Program-made: the position numbers and the translations under genes | Part shown: positions 36,878-44,994 of the stretch, one piece after another | How the letters are laid out: the number at the start of each line of letters is the position of its first letter | How positions within the stretch are numbered: the first letter of the stretch is position 1 | IMG/VR virus record: IMGVR_UViG_3300020577_006835 | Span: 68,588 to 132,587 of that record | DNA length: 64,000 nucleotides | From: a virus | Lineage: Duplodnaviria > Heunggongvirae > Uroviricota > Caudoviricetes | Reading direction: 5' to 3' (one strand) | The notes under the pieces: generated by a model | The model's database searches: none | The model's input: the letters and a program-made list of their open reading frames with translations, nothing else | What the model was told of the DNA's origin: nothing

Positions 36878-36949
36878 ACACCGATAGCTCAGATGGTAGA
36901 GCGCACGACTGATAATCGTGATACGGGAGTTCGATCCTCTCTCGGTGTA
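36878..36949 (+). tRNA. tRNA-Ile (anticodon GAT)
   Basis: 72 nt; ACACCGA TA GCTC AGATGGTA GAGC...CACGA CTGATAA TCGTG...GGGAGTTCGATCCTCTC. Confidence 0.85.
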
Positions 36950-36954
36950 CTCAG

Positions 36955-37028
36955 GCCCACGTAGCACAACTGGATAATGCACCGGACTACGAATCCGGTT
37001 ATTGGGGGTTCAAGTCCCTCCGTGGGTA
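36955..37028 (+). tRNA. tRNA-Arg (anticodon ACG)
   Basis: 74 nt; anticodon stem CCGGA/TCCGG, loop CTACGAA; T-arm GGGGGTTCAAGTCCCTC. Confidence 0.8.
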
Positions 37029-37036
37029 CTTCTCAG

Positions 37037-37110
37037 GGGTCGTTAGCTCAGTGGAGCAGAGCACCACGTTCCGAGCGTGGGGGTCGCAGGTTCGAGTCCT
37101 GCACGGCCTA
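37037..37110 (+). tRNA. tRNA-Arg (anticodon CCG)
   Basis: 74 nt; anticodon stem CCACG/CGTGG, loop TTCCGAG; acceptor has 2 G-U pairs. Confidence 0.7.
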
Positions 37111-37121
37111 CTGAAGCCTGT

Positions 37122-37196
37122 GCGCCAGTAGCTCAGCGGACTCAGAGCGGCGGTTTTCTACACCGAGGGTCGGGGGTTCGATTCCCTCCTGGCGTG
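37122..37196 (+). tRNA. tRNA-Arg (anticodon TCT)
   Basis: 75 nt; acceptor GCGCCAG/CTGGCGT; loop TTTCTAC; T-arm GGGGGTTCGATTCCCTC. Confidence 0.8.
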
Positions 37197-37229
37197 TTGA
37201 AGTAGCAGCAGAAGAAGGAAGGGGAATGC

Positions 37230-37655
37230 ATGAAGAGAAGGATGCGAAAGGCTCTCTTGACGAAGCTCGCCGACTTGTTGGACGACTTCTTCCACACCAT
37301 CAAGCACCTGATTGCCGTGCTGGAGCTGCAGGGTTGGTCGCTGGACAACCTGGCCTTCGGCATGGGCGGCGCGCTGCTGCAGCAGATCGACCGGGACACG
37401 TGTTCCTTCGCCATGAAGGGTTCCTGGGTTCGAGTCGACGGTGTGGAGCGCGAGATCTACAAACAGCCTGTGACCGATTCGAAGAAGAACTCGCTGCGCG
37501 GGCGGCTGGCTCTCATCAAGGATGTCAAAGGACTCTTGACAACAGTAGCTGGTCCGTGCGAAGACGACATCCTCGTCGACACGTATCTCAACGGCGAGGT
37601 GCTCCAGACCTGGGACTACGAACAGGTCAGGGAGCGAGTCCGAGCAGCGATCTGA
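37230..37655 (+). pseudogene. C-terminal fragment (about 140 aa) of a nicotinamide/nicotinate phosphoribosyltransferase (NAMPT-family) gene; the N-terminal catalytic two-thirds are absent from the locus
   Basis: NLAFGMGGALLQQIDRDTCSFAMKGSWVRVDGVEREIYKQPVTDSKKNSLRGRLAL aligns with the NAMPT C-terminus (NIAFGSGGGLLQK..RD..FA.K.SYV..NG.G..VFKDP..D..K.SKKGRLSL); strong RBS; flanked by tRNA and HNH genes. Confidence 0.6.
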
Positions 37656-37751
37656 CCATGAACGACTTCACACACCAGATGCCAAGCCCCGCCAAGGGTG
37701 CGGTTGCGCGACCACGACCGTGGCCGCGACCGTGCCCGTGTCGGTAAGCAT

Positions 37752-37823
37752 CTGGGTGTAAGTCAGTGGCAGACGGCGCCGTTCGGATCGGCGAGGCCGG
37801 GAGTTCGAGTCTCCCCACCCAGA
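37752..37823 (+). tRNA. tRNA-Pro (anticodon CGG)
   Basis: 72 nt; acceptor CTGGGTG/CACCCAG; anticodon stem CGCCG/CGGCG, loop TTCGGAT; T-arm GGGAGTTCGAGTCTCCC. Confidence 0.7.
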
Positions 37824-37825
37824 CT

Positions 37826-38191
37826 CAACCTCCACCCTCCGCTGAGCCTGAGACTGCTCTAGACCGCCGTCGAAGGCGGTGGCGCGAGTGGTACCACCGC
37901 AACAAGCACGATCAGTTCAAGAAGGAGTACTTCAGGAGGACGACGAGGAGAGCGAAAGCCAGGGCTTGGCTGGATAACTACAAGAGGGGGCTGTCTTGTG
38001 CTGAGTGCGGGTTTTCGAACCCAGTAGCACTGGACTTTCACCACACAGATCCGGCGGGCAAGGATTTCAGCTTGGCTGACGCTCTCAACGTCTCTCTTTC
38101 TATCAAGAGGCTGCAAAAGGAAATTCAGAAGTGCGTCGTCTTGTGTGCGAACTGTCACCGGATAGAGCATGCAAGACTGATCGGGATGTAG
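37826..38191 (+). CDS. HNH endonuclease (same family as 24658 and 36387); start codon unclear because the upstream in-frame region (ORF 37766..) runs through tRNA-Pro(CGG)
   Basis: RRRRWREWYHRNKHDQFKKEYF...CAECGFSNPVALDFHHTDPAGK...KCVVLCANCHRIEH; 3' end overlaps tRNA-Pro(TGG) by about 10 nt. Confidence 0.6.
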   Translation, partial: QPPPSAEPETALDRRRRRWREWYHRNKHDQFKKEYFRRTTRRAKARAWLDNYKRGLSCAECGFSNPVALDFHHTDPAGKDFSLADALNVSLSIKRLQKEIQKCVVLCANCHRIEHARLIGM

Positions 38192-38257
38192 CGTAGTCTG
38201 GCCAACGCGCCTGTTTTGGGAACAGGAGACTCGCAGGTTCGAATCCTGTCATCCCGA
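38182..38257 (+). tRNA. tRNA-Pro (anticodon TGG)
   Basis: 76 nt; CGGGATG TA GCGT...CCTGT TTTGGGA ACAGG...GCAGGTTCGAATCCTGT CATCCCG A. The N-terminus of ORF 38216.. is really this tRNA. Confidence 0.75.
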
Positions 38258-38287
38258 CTCTTTCTCATAGTGACCGCCAGGACAACA

Positions 38288-38818
38288 ATGACCCTTCACG
38301 AGCGCCTCGGACAGTTCGACCAGAAGCAGGTGGTGCGCTTCGAGTGCACCTTCGAGGTCTACGCTGTCTGCAACATGCTGACCAACACCATGCGGGTCAA
38401 CATGGCCATGGCGGCCGAGCTGGTGCCCGAGCTGACCCGCTTGCAGCAGTCAACGCAGACCTTGGCCAGCAGGTTTGCGATCCTGCCGGCCCACATCGAC
38501 AAGCTGAAGGACGGGGCCATCGTCGAGCTGAGCATCCGCGAGATCATGGCCATGCTGGAGATCGTGTACTTCTTCCGCACCAGGGGGTTCGGGGCGCTCG
38601 TCTCATCGTTCTACGACTTCGTCGACGCCGGCATTCTGCCTCGTGACGCAGAGCTGAACGTGCAACACTTGGAGCGCATGCTGCGCTCGACCGAGATGTC
38701 GATCAGCATGCTGGGCGAGGACGTCTACCGGTGCCTGTCGCAGTCGAAGGAGAAGCCGACGGTACCGATCGAGATGGCAGAGGGTTCTGCGTTGAAGCAG
38801 GGGGAGCTGGGTAATTGA
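38288..38818 (+). CDS. hypothetical protein
   Basis: ORF 38216..38818, start moved to ATG 38288 (MTLHERLGQF), downstream of tRNA-Pro. Confidence 0.5.
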   Translation: MTLHERLGQFDQKQVVRFECTFEVYAVCNMLTNTMRVNMAMAAELVPELTRLQQSTQTLASRFAILPAHIDKLKDGAIVELSIREIMAMLEIVYFFRTRGFGALVSSFYDFVDAGILPRDAELNVQHLERMLRSTEMSISMLGEDVYRCLSQSKEKPTVPIEMAEGSALKQGELGN

Positions 38819-38819
38819 C

Positions 38820-39023
38820 GTGGACGAAACCGAGTACCAAGGGCTCGTCGAGAAGTTCACAGAGCTGATTCACGGGTCCGAGGACGCCATGGGGGCCTTC
38901 GCGGCCCACCTGGCCCGGAACCAGCTCACCGCGGCCGCGCTGTACGCGCTGCTCTACAACCACGGCATCCGCTTCGACACCAACGCCATCAGCTCCTGGC
39001 GCAGGCAGAAGGTGAAGCGGTGA
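38820..39023 (+). CDS. small hypothetical protein
   Basis: ORF track (GTG start right after previous stop). Confidence 0.4.
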   Translation: MDETEYQGLVEKFTELIHGSEDAMGAFAAHLARNQLTAAALYALLYNHGIRFDTNAISSWRRQKVKR

Positions 39024-39475
39024 GAGAGGCCGTCGGAGACCTCTGGACGCACCCGGCTCGCATCAAGGTGGTGACGACCAACTGGACGCTCAAGAGCGAC
39101 GGCTCGCTCGTCATGGGTGCCGGCGTCGCCAAGCAGGCGGCAGAGCGTTACCCAGACCTGCCGTACGAGCTTGGTGAGTTCATCGCCGGCTGCATCAAGC
39201 ATGGTCGTGGGCCGTTGCCGGTCTTCGTCGCCCGCTACAACTTGATCTCTCTGCCGACCAAGGTCGACTGGCGGGCTCCGTCGGAGCTGGGCTTCGTCGA
39301 GGAGATGCTCGACAAGCTCGCCAACGATCTGTTCGGCACCTACCCGGTCAGCCAGGACGTGGTCATGCCGAGGCCAGGTTGCGGGCTCGGCGGGTTGCGC
39401 TGGGAGGACGTCAAGCCGATCTGCGAGAGGCACCTTGTGAGCGATCATTACATCGTGATCGACAAGGTGTGCTGA
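39020..39475 (+). CDS. macro-domain-like (ADP-ribose binding/processing) protein
   Basis: VVTTNWTLKSDGSLVMGAGVAKQAAERYP and PRPGCGLGGL resemble the macro-domain motifs NAAN...GGGVAGAI and G.G.YG. Confidence 0.45.
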   Translation: MREAVGDLWTHPARIKVVTTNWTLKSDGSLVMGAGVAKQAAERYPDLPYELGEFIAGCIKHGRGPLPVFVARYNLISLPTKVDWRAPSELGFVEEMLDKLANDLFGTYPVSQDVVMPRPGCGLGGLRWEDVKPICERHLVSDHYIVIDKVC

Positions 39476-39661
39476 CACGGGGGCTGGTGGTGGATCTGGG
39501 ACTGGTGTTGTTGGGTGGGTCGATCGCGCTGAACGCCTACCTCGTCATGAGGCTGCAGGTGGTCACCAAGGAACGGGACCTGCTTGAGATGGAGAAGCGT
39601 CACCGCCTCAAGGCGGCGAGTCACCTCAAGCTGGTGAGAGCAGGAAGGTTGGTACGAACTG

Positions 39662-40486
39662 ATGGACGAAACGCGGGTCCAAGATCTGCTTGACGAGGTC
39701 GAGCGCGAGCGCAACGTCAAGATACTGTTTGCCGTCGAGTCCGGTTCCAGGGCCTGGGGTCTCGACTCGCCTAAGAGCGACTGCGACGTGCGCTTCGTAT
39801 TCACCTACCCGCGCGACCGGTACCTGACGATCCAGCCGCCGAACGACGTCATCGTCCACAAGAACGGCGAGATCGAGCTGGACAGCTGGGAGCTGCGCAA
39901 GGCGCTCGGCCTGCTGACCAAGGGCAACCCGACCTGCATGGAGTGGGTCTTCGCGCAGGTGGTCTACCGCGAGCTGGACTGGTCGCACTGGCCTGGGCTC
40001 AAGGTGCTGCGCGACCTGGCGCACCACTACTTCAACCCGATCGCGACCTACTACCACTACCTGCACATCGCGTCCAACAACTACAAGGACTACATCCGAG
40101 GCCGGGGCGAAGTGCCGGTCAAGAAGCTGACGCACGTGTTCCGCGGGCTCTTCAGCGCGATCTGGGTGCTGCAGAACACGACTCTGCCGAAGGTCATGTA
40201 CACCGGCGAACTCACGGACCCGATGCCGGCGCACAACTTCAACACGCTGATGGTTGCCGCCCTGCCGCGCGTGCGCGAGTACCTCACGGAGCAGGAGTGC
40301 GACGAGCTGGTTCAGATCCCTGCCATGAAGAGGGAAGGTGTCGACACGATGCAGGAGCCGGCCTGGCTGGAGCCGTACCTGGACACCGAGCTGCGTGTGC
40401 TCAAGGATGCTGCCAGCTCGGTGCCCAAGCCGCTGCACCAGGACTTCAAGATGCTGGACGAGTTCTTCCGGGCTTCGCTACGCTGA
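39662..40486 (+). CDS. Pol-beta-superfamily nucleotidyltransferase (PF10127/RlaP-like)
   Basis: ILFAVESGSRAWGLDSPKSDCDVRFVF fits the GS..G...SD.D signature; about 270 aa with a helical C-terminal domain. Confidence 0.55.
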   Translation: MDETRVQDLLDEVERERNVKILFAVESGSRAWGLDSPKSDCDVRFVFTYPRDRYLTIQPPNDVIVHKNGEIELDSWELRKALGLLTKGNPTCMEWVFAQVVYRELDWSHWPGLKVLRDLAHHYFNPIATYYHYLHIASNNYKDYIRGRGEVPVKKLTHVFRGLFSAIWVLQNTTLPKVMYTGELTDPMPAHNFNTLMVAALPRVREYLTEQECDELVQIPAMKREGVDTMQEPAWLEPYLDTELRVLKDAASSVPKPLHQDFKMLDEFFRASLR

Positions 40487-40504
40487 AACACAAGGAGATG
40501 AACG

Positions 40505-41008
40505 ATGAACGAGGATGTGACGCTGAAGGAGCTGCGTGAGCAGCTGTCCGCCGACCTGAAGGCGGGCAAGATCGTAACCTGCGCCTGCTGCGAGCAGAAG
40601 TGCAAGGTGTACAAGCGTACCATCACGAGGACGATGGCGATCGCCCTCCTGCTCTTCACCAGGTACACGAGACCGGGCGAGCCGTTCCACCTGCCGACCC
40701 TTCTGTCTGACCCTCCGGGCGATCTGCCGGCCACGCTGCGCGCCGGCTTCCACGGCGGTGACCCGGTCAAGCTCAAGCACTGGGGCATGATCGAGTCCGC
40801 ATCCAAGGAGAAGAGGCCGGACGGCAGCAAGCGCAACGGCTGGTACGTCGTCACCCCGTTCGGGCGCAGCTTCGCCCGTGGCGAGGTTTTCGCCAAGAAG
40901 CACGTGCGCACCTACAACGAGCGCGTGCTGCGCATGGAGGAGCCGTTGATCAAGATCTCGACCGCTCTGGGCGAGGGGTTCGACTTCAACGAGCTGATGA
41001 GTGCGTGA
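40505..41008 (+). CDS. hypothetical protein
   Basis: ORF track; RBS AAGGAGATGAACG. Confidence 0.5.
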   Translation: MNEDVTLKELREQLSADLKAGKIVTCACCEQKCKVYKRTITRTMAIALLLFTRYTRPGEPFHLPTLLSDPPGDLPATLRAGFHGGDPVKLKHWGMIESASKEKRPDGSKRNGWYVVTPFGRSFARGEVFAKKHVRTYNERVLRMEEPLIKISTALGEGFDFNELMSA

Positions 41009-41634
41009 CCGGACGCATGTACCCGGCTGAGTTGCAGAGTCTGCATGATCGAGTCCTGCACGGGCTCGCGACCAAGTCGCTGAAGTACTCGAAGCAGGGG
41101 TTCACGTTGCGCAGCGGGAAGACGAGCCACGTGCTCATCGACGCCTCGCGCACGATCAAGTCAGGGGAGCACTTCGAGGACATCGGGTACCTTTGCGAGC
41201 GCTTCCTGCACTCGCTCACCGACCACTGGCCTGTGGCCGTCGGCGGGCCGGCAACGGGATGCGACCCGCTGTGTGCAGCTCTCTTGGCGACTACCAGCGT
41301 GCGCCTGGATTGGTTCTCGGTACGCAAGGAGCCCAAGAACCGTGGCCTCGACTACGGCTGCCTCAGCGGTGCCTACCCAACCAGTGGTGAGTCGGTTGTC
41401 CTGTTCGAGGACGTGCTGACCACCGGCGGCTCGCTGCTGCATGCGATCGAGCAGTGCCGGCCTAAGATGGACATCCTGGGCGTGTTCGTGCTCGTTGACC
41501 GGGAGGAGGGTGGCAGGGAGGCGATCCAGGCTGCGCTGCCGGACGCGCTGTTTCACGCCGAGTTCACTCTGGACGAGATCGAGGCCTACAAGCGCGCCCA
41601 GGCCGGCGGCCGGATGCCCTGGGACGATGAGTGA
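41005..41634 (+). CDS. type I phosphoribosyltransferase, orotate-PRTase (PyrE)-like
   Basis: PRPP-binding motif VVLFEDVLTTGGSLL; GFTLRSGKTSHVLIDAS resembles the OPRT N-terminal motif. Confidence 0.6.
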   Translation: MTGRMYPAELQSLHDRVLHGLATKSLKYSKQGFTLRSGKTSHVLIDASRTIKSGEHFEDIGYLCERFLHSLTDHWPVAVGGPATGCDPLCAALLATTSVRLDWFSVRKEPKNRGLDYGCLSGAYPTSGESVVLFEDVLTTGGSLLHAIEQCRPKMDILGVFVLVDREEGGREAIQAALPDALFHAEFTLDEIEAYKRAQAGGRMPWDDE

Positions 41635-41869
41635 GCTGGACCAGCTCGTCGTCCTGCTGAACAGCGCCGGGTATGAGAGGTACAACCCGCTCAACCTGGA
41701 CGGCGGGGGCAAGATCGGCGAGATGCAGGTGCTCCTGGCTCAGGCCAGGAAGGAGATCGCGACCGCCTTCAGGTTTCCCAAGTCCTACCTGAACACCGCA
41801 GAGCCCAAGAGCTTGAACGGCAGAGTGTACCCGAAAGAGTTGTGGGAGAAGGTGTTGACAAAAGCATGA
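41627..41869 (+). CDS. small hypothetical protein
   Basis: ORF 41441..41869, start moved to ATG 41627 (MSELDQLVV), overlapping the PRTase stop. Confidence 0.4.
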   Translation: MSELDQLVVLLNSAGYERYNPLNLDGGGKIGEMQVLLAQARKEIATAFRFPKSYLNTAEPKSLNGRVYPKELWEKVLTKA

Positions 41870-41881
41870 GTCGTGTGCTAA
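41855..41881 (+). promoter_or_regulatory. promoter-like motif TTGACA-N14-GTGCTAAtct
   Basis: gTTGACAaaagcatgagtcgtGTGCTAATCTcttctcATG. Confidence 0.5.
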
Positions 41882-41890
41882 TCTCTTCTC

Positions 41891-42778
41891 ATGATGATGA
41901 ACGCACAGCGCAAGGCGAAGAGCAGCAGCAAGCGGAACGAGACGGTCGTCGATCTCCGTGAGTTCATCGCGGCCGGCATTCAGGGTGTGCTCCTGAGCCG
42001 CCGCTTCATCCCCGCCTCCGAGGCCCGCCAGACCGGCGACGAGTCGACGCTGGAGACCGCCCGCGGCCTCAGCACCCGCTTCCAGACCTCGATCACCGAC
42101 CGCGCCCGCGAGGGTGCCGACAAGGTCCTCGCCTTCATGGGCGAGCAGCAGTTCAAGATGGCGTCGGCGCGCAGCGAGTTCTCGCGCTCGCTGTCGGCCG
42201 AGTTCTCGAACGCGCGTCAGAACGGTGTGCGCGGCGACAAGGCCGGCATCGTCGTGTGGGCCATCAAGGTCTACATGGACGCCCAGAAGGCCGCCAAGGG
42301 GGCTCCTGCGGTCGAGAGCCGCAACGTGGTCTGCGAGGCGACCCGCATCGTCAACCTCTTCGCCAAGGCGACGGAGGCCGGCCTGCAGCACCCGAAGATC
42401 CGCCTTCAGGTCGAGAGCTTGGGCAAGGTGGTCTTCTCGCTCGCCGGCCCGCGCTCCAGCGCCCCGGGCTCGATCAACATCACCGACGGCCGCCCCTACG
42501 GCCAGAACACCTACTACGGCCGCATCACCAAGGACGGCCAGATGGTCCCCAGCAAGGCGTGCACGGACGAGGTCCGCGACCTGATCGTCTCGCTGGCCAC
42601 CGACCCTGCTGGTGTCGCCAAGGTGCACGGGCACCGGACCGGGTATTGCTGCTTCTGCGGCAGACTGTTAACGGACGACAGAAACGGGTTCTCGGTCGAT
42701 ATGGGTTACGGTCCGATTTGTAGTGAGAAGTGGGGGCTGCCGTGGGGTGTCAGCGTGTCGGAGGAGGCAAGTGCGTAG
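41891..42778 (+). CDS. hypothetical protein with C-terminal Cys-rich motif (GYCCFCGRLL...GYGPICSEKWG)
   Basis: ORF track. Confidence 0.55.
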   Translation: MMMNAQRKAKSSSKRNETVVDLREFIAAGIQGVLLSRRFIPASEARQTGDESTLETARGLSTRFQTSITDRAREGADKVLAFMGEQQFKMASARSEFSRSLSAEFSNARQNGVRGDKAGIVVWAIKVYMDAQKAAKGAPAVESRNVVCEATRIVNLFAKATEAGLQHPKIRLQVESLGKVVFSLAGPRSSAPGSINITDGRPYGQNTYYGRITKDGQMVPSKACTDEVRDLIVSLATDPAGVAKVHGHRTGYCCFCGRLLTDDRNGFSVDMGYGPICSEKWGLPWGVSVSEEASA

Positions 42779-43569
42779 TCGCAGGGTGCGGGGAGCCCAC
42801 CCGTAGTCGTGGGCTGTGCCAGCTGCACTACAACCGCTGGATCAAGTACGGCAAGACTGGGGTCGGGCCAAGCACTAGGTTACACCAGCGCGCCCGCGGC
42901 AGGGTGTGCTCTGTACCGCAGTGCGACCGCCCGGTGAGGTGCAAAGGGCTCTGCAGCGTCCACTACGGCCACGGGATTCGGAGTAGCACCTGTGCACGCT
43001 GCGGTGGCAGGAAGACCGCAGCTGCTGCCCTCTGCGCGGGTTGCTTCGAGAAGACCTTCGAGCCGCCTGCCGCTGAGAAGCGGTGCACAGGGTGTAATGC
43101 AGTGCAGCCTGTCGAGGCGTTCGGCTGGCGCAGTGATGGTTCCGGCAGGTCCAAGCTGAGATCCAAGTGCCGCACCTGTGAGCGAGCCCGCGCGCGTACC
43201 TACATGGCTGCTCTGCGGCTCGACCCAGACAGGTGGCGCAGGGTGAAGGCGCGAGAGAAAGCTGCCAGGGACCTAGTGGCTCAACGAGACCCCGAGCGGT
43301 GGCTTTTCCGCTCGTTACGGGTCTCAGCTAAAGCACTCGGCATTGACCCTGAGCTGGTGTTTGAGCGTTTGCAACGCACAGGTCACCGGTGTGAGGTTTG
43401 CGGGTTGCAGGGTGCCCCATCACCAGGTCGTCGCCTCCACATCGACCACTGTCATACGACAGGTAGGTTTCGCGGACTGCTGTGCTCCCCGTGTAACCGG
43501 GCGCTGGGTCTAGTCGAAGACGACACAGACCGAGTCTTGAAGCTTGCCAAATATCTCAAGGGTGCTTGA
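42730..43569 (+). CDS. recombination endonuclease VII-family (HNH-like) protein with N-terminal CxxC zinc-ribbon repeats
   Basis: C-terminal RLHIDHCHTTGRFRGLLCSPCNRALG matches the Endo VII motif; N-terminal repeated C..GC...R..GLC..HY units. Confidence 0.6.
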   Translation: MGAAVGCQRVGGGKCVVAGCGEPTRSRGLCQLHYNRWIKYGKTGVGPSTRLHQRARGRVCSVPQCDRPVRCKGLCSVHYGHGIRSSTCARCGGRKTAAAALCAGCFEKTFEPPAAEKRCTGCNAVQPVEAFGWRSDGSGRSKLRSKCRTCERARARTYMAALRLDPDRWRRVKAREKAARDLVAQRDPERWLFRSLRVSAKALGIDPELVFERLQRTGHRCEVCGLQGAPSPGRRLHIDHCHTTGRFRGLLCSPCNRALGLVEDDTDRVLKLAKYLKGA

Positions 43570-43592
43570 CAAGAGCCTCACTCGCGTGCTAA
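43566..43592 (+). promoter_or_regulatory. promoter-like motif TTGACA-N14-GTGCTAA
   Basis: cTTGACAagagcctcactcgcGTGCTAAaggt. Confidence 0.5.
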
Positions 43593-43636
43593 AGGTAGGG
43601 ACTGGCAGCGGCGCAGCCGCAGAAGGGGATGAAAGA

Positions 43637-43996
43637 ATGGTTCGGTACCGGGTACACGTCAGCATGATCGGCGACCTCCTCCGATTCAGCGACACGGCGG
43701 AGATCGTCAGCCCGCTTCAGGGCAACGTGGTCCGCAAGCTCCGCCGCATCGACGGCGAGACGGTCGAGCTGGACGCGCTCGCCGGCCCGGTGCTCCAGCT
43801 CCAGGCGCTCACGCCGGTCGAGTACCAGCCGTGGGTCTTCGACCGCGGCAGCCTCCTGATCGAGGTCCCGACCGACGTGGTCCCGGACGGCAAGGGCAAG
43901 CTCTGCACCGAGTCCGACGTGCTCCGCACGCCGGACGGGCGCGAGTTCGAGATCTGCGCAGCCTTCGAGGCCTGCGTCGACGCGGCGGTGCGCTGA
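43637..43996 (+). CDS. hypothetical protein
   Basis: ORF 43544..43996, start moved to ATG 43637 with RBS GAAGGGGATGAAAGA. Confidence 0.45.
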   Translation: MVRYRVHVSMIGDLLRFSDTAEIVSPLQGNVVRKLRRIDGETVELDALAGPVLQLQALTPVEYQPWVFDRGSLLIEVPTDVVPDGKGKLCTESDVLRTPDGREFEICAAFEACVDAAVR

Positions 43997-44481
43997 TGGG
44001 CTGGACGCACACCGAGGGTGCCACGCGCGCCGACGTCATCAACTACCTGACCAGGGATGGCATCTTCGGCGAGGGTGCGAAGTGCCTCAAGAAGGCGACC
44101 CGGGGCAACGTGCTCTGGGCGGTGATCGAGGTCAAGCCCGACGACCGGTTCATCCTCTGCGCCCTGCTGAGCTGCGAGAAGGGCTTCGGCTGGGGTTACA
44201 AGGACATGACCGAGAGCATGCACCCGTACTACTACAGCTGCCCGGTCAGCTTCCTGGAGATGGTCCCGGTGGCTTGCCAGCCGTGGCGCGACGGGGTGCT
44301 GGCCGCAGCGGCCAAGGCGAGGCGCAAGTTCAAGGTGGGAGTGTGGTACACTCTCCCTGGCCGCCGGCCGAACAAGGTGCGCATCGAGTCGGTGAGCCCG
44401 TTGCGTGGCAGGGGTGAGGACGGGCTGCTGTATCGAGTGTCGTCCAAGTTCCTGGGCGAAGAGATCCCGGTGGAGGTCTGA
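43996..44481 (+). CDS. hypothetical protein
   Basis: ORF 43831..44481, start moved to ATG 43996 (MGWTHTEGA), overlapping the previous stop. Confidence 0.45.
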   Translation: MGWTHTEGATRADVINYLTRDGIFGEGAKCLKKATRGNVLWAVIEVKPDDRFILCALLSCEKGFGWGYKDMTESMHPYYYSCPVSFLEMVPVACQPWRDGVLAAAAKARRKFKVGVWYTLPGRRPNKVRIESVSPLRGRGEDGLLYRVSSKFLGEEIPVEV

Positions 44482-44482
44482 C

Positions 44483-44833
44483 ATGCGTGTGCAGGTGTAC
44501 TGGAACTTCAACCGCAAGGTCTGGTCCGTGCGTGATGCGCGGACCCGTCGGGTGATCGGGCACGCGAGCGAGCTGCTGCTCAGCCGGTGCACGATGAAGG
44601 TCTCCGAGGCCGGCCGGCAGCGCGTGCTGCGCGAGAAGCGCAAGAACGTCCACGCCTACATCGAGGGCTTCCTGGAGACCCTGCGGCCGACCGCAACCTG
44701 GGAGCCGATCGGGTACAACCCGTACAAGGGTGAGACGTTCACGCTGCGCGAGTCCGGCTGCCCGATCGTGGCCAGTGCGCTGGCCAAGTTCGACCCGGAC
44801 GGAAAGGCGTTCGTTCACGGCAGAGGCTGGTAG
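44483..44833 (+). CDS. hypothetical protein
   Basis: ORF 44405..44833, start moved to ATG 44483 (MRVQVYWNF). Confidence 0.45.
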   Translation: MRVQVYWNFNRKVWSVRDARTRRVIGHASELLLSRCTMKVSEAGRQRVLREKRKNVHAYIEGFLETLRPTATWEPIGYNPYKGETFTLRESGCPIVASALAKFDPDGKAFVHGRGW

Positions 44834-44994
44834 GTTCGCGGGGCCGTCTCCTTTGGAAGACCCGTCGTGCTTCGGTGGCCCCGTGGGCATCACCTTGCCG
44901 ACCACAACGGGCTACGGCTTGGTGGTTCATGCATAAGGGCCTGTCCTGATTGAAGGGCAGGAAAACCACTACCCCTACGAGGAAGGAGAGAGGA

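Noticed and set aside
37430-37450. GGGTTCGAGTCGAC T-loop-like string inside the NAMPT fragment
   Set aside because: The flanks do not form a T-stem. It lies in a clearly coding region with high GC3.
38216-38287. N-terminal 24 codons of ORF 38216..38818 (MGTGDSQVRILSSRLF...)
   Set aside because: This stretch is the 3' two-thirds of tRNA-Pro(TGG). The protein start was moved to ATG 38288.
39487-39693. Possible small TM protein (VVDLGLVLLGGSIALNAYLVM...) in the gap between the macro-domain gene and the NTase
   Set aside because: It has no ATG and only weak GTG/CTG starts, GC3 drops in its second half, and it overlaps the NTase start and RBS. Left unannotated.
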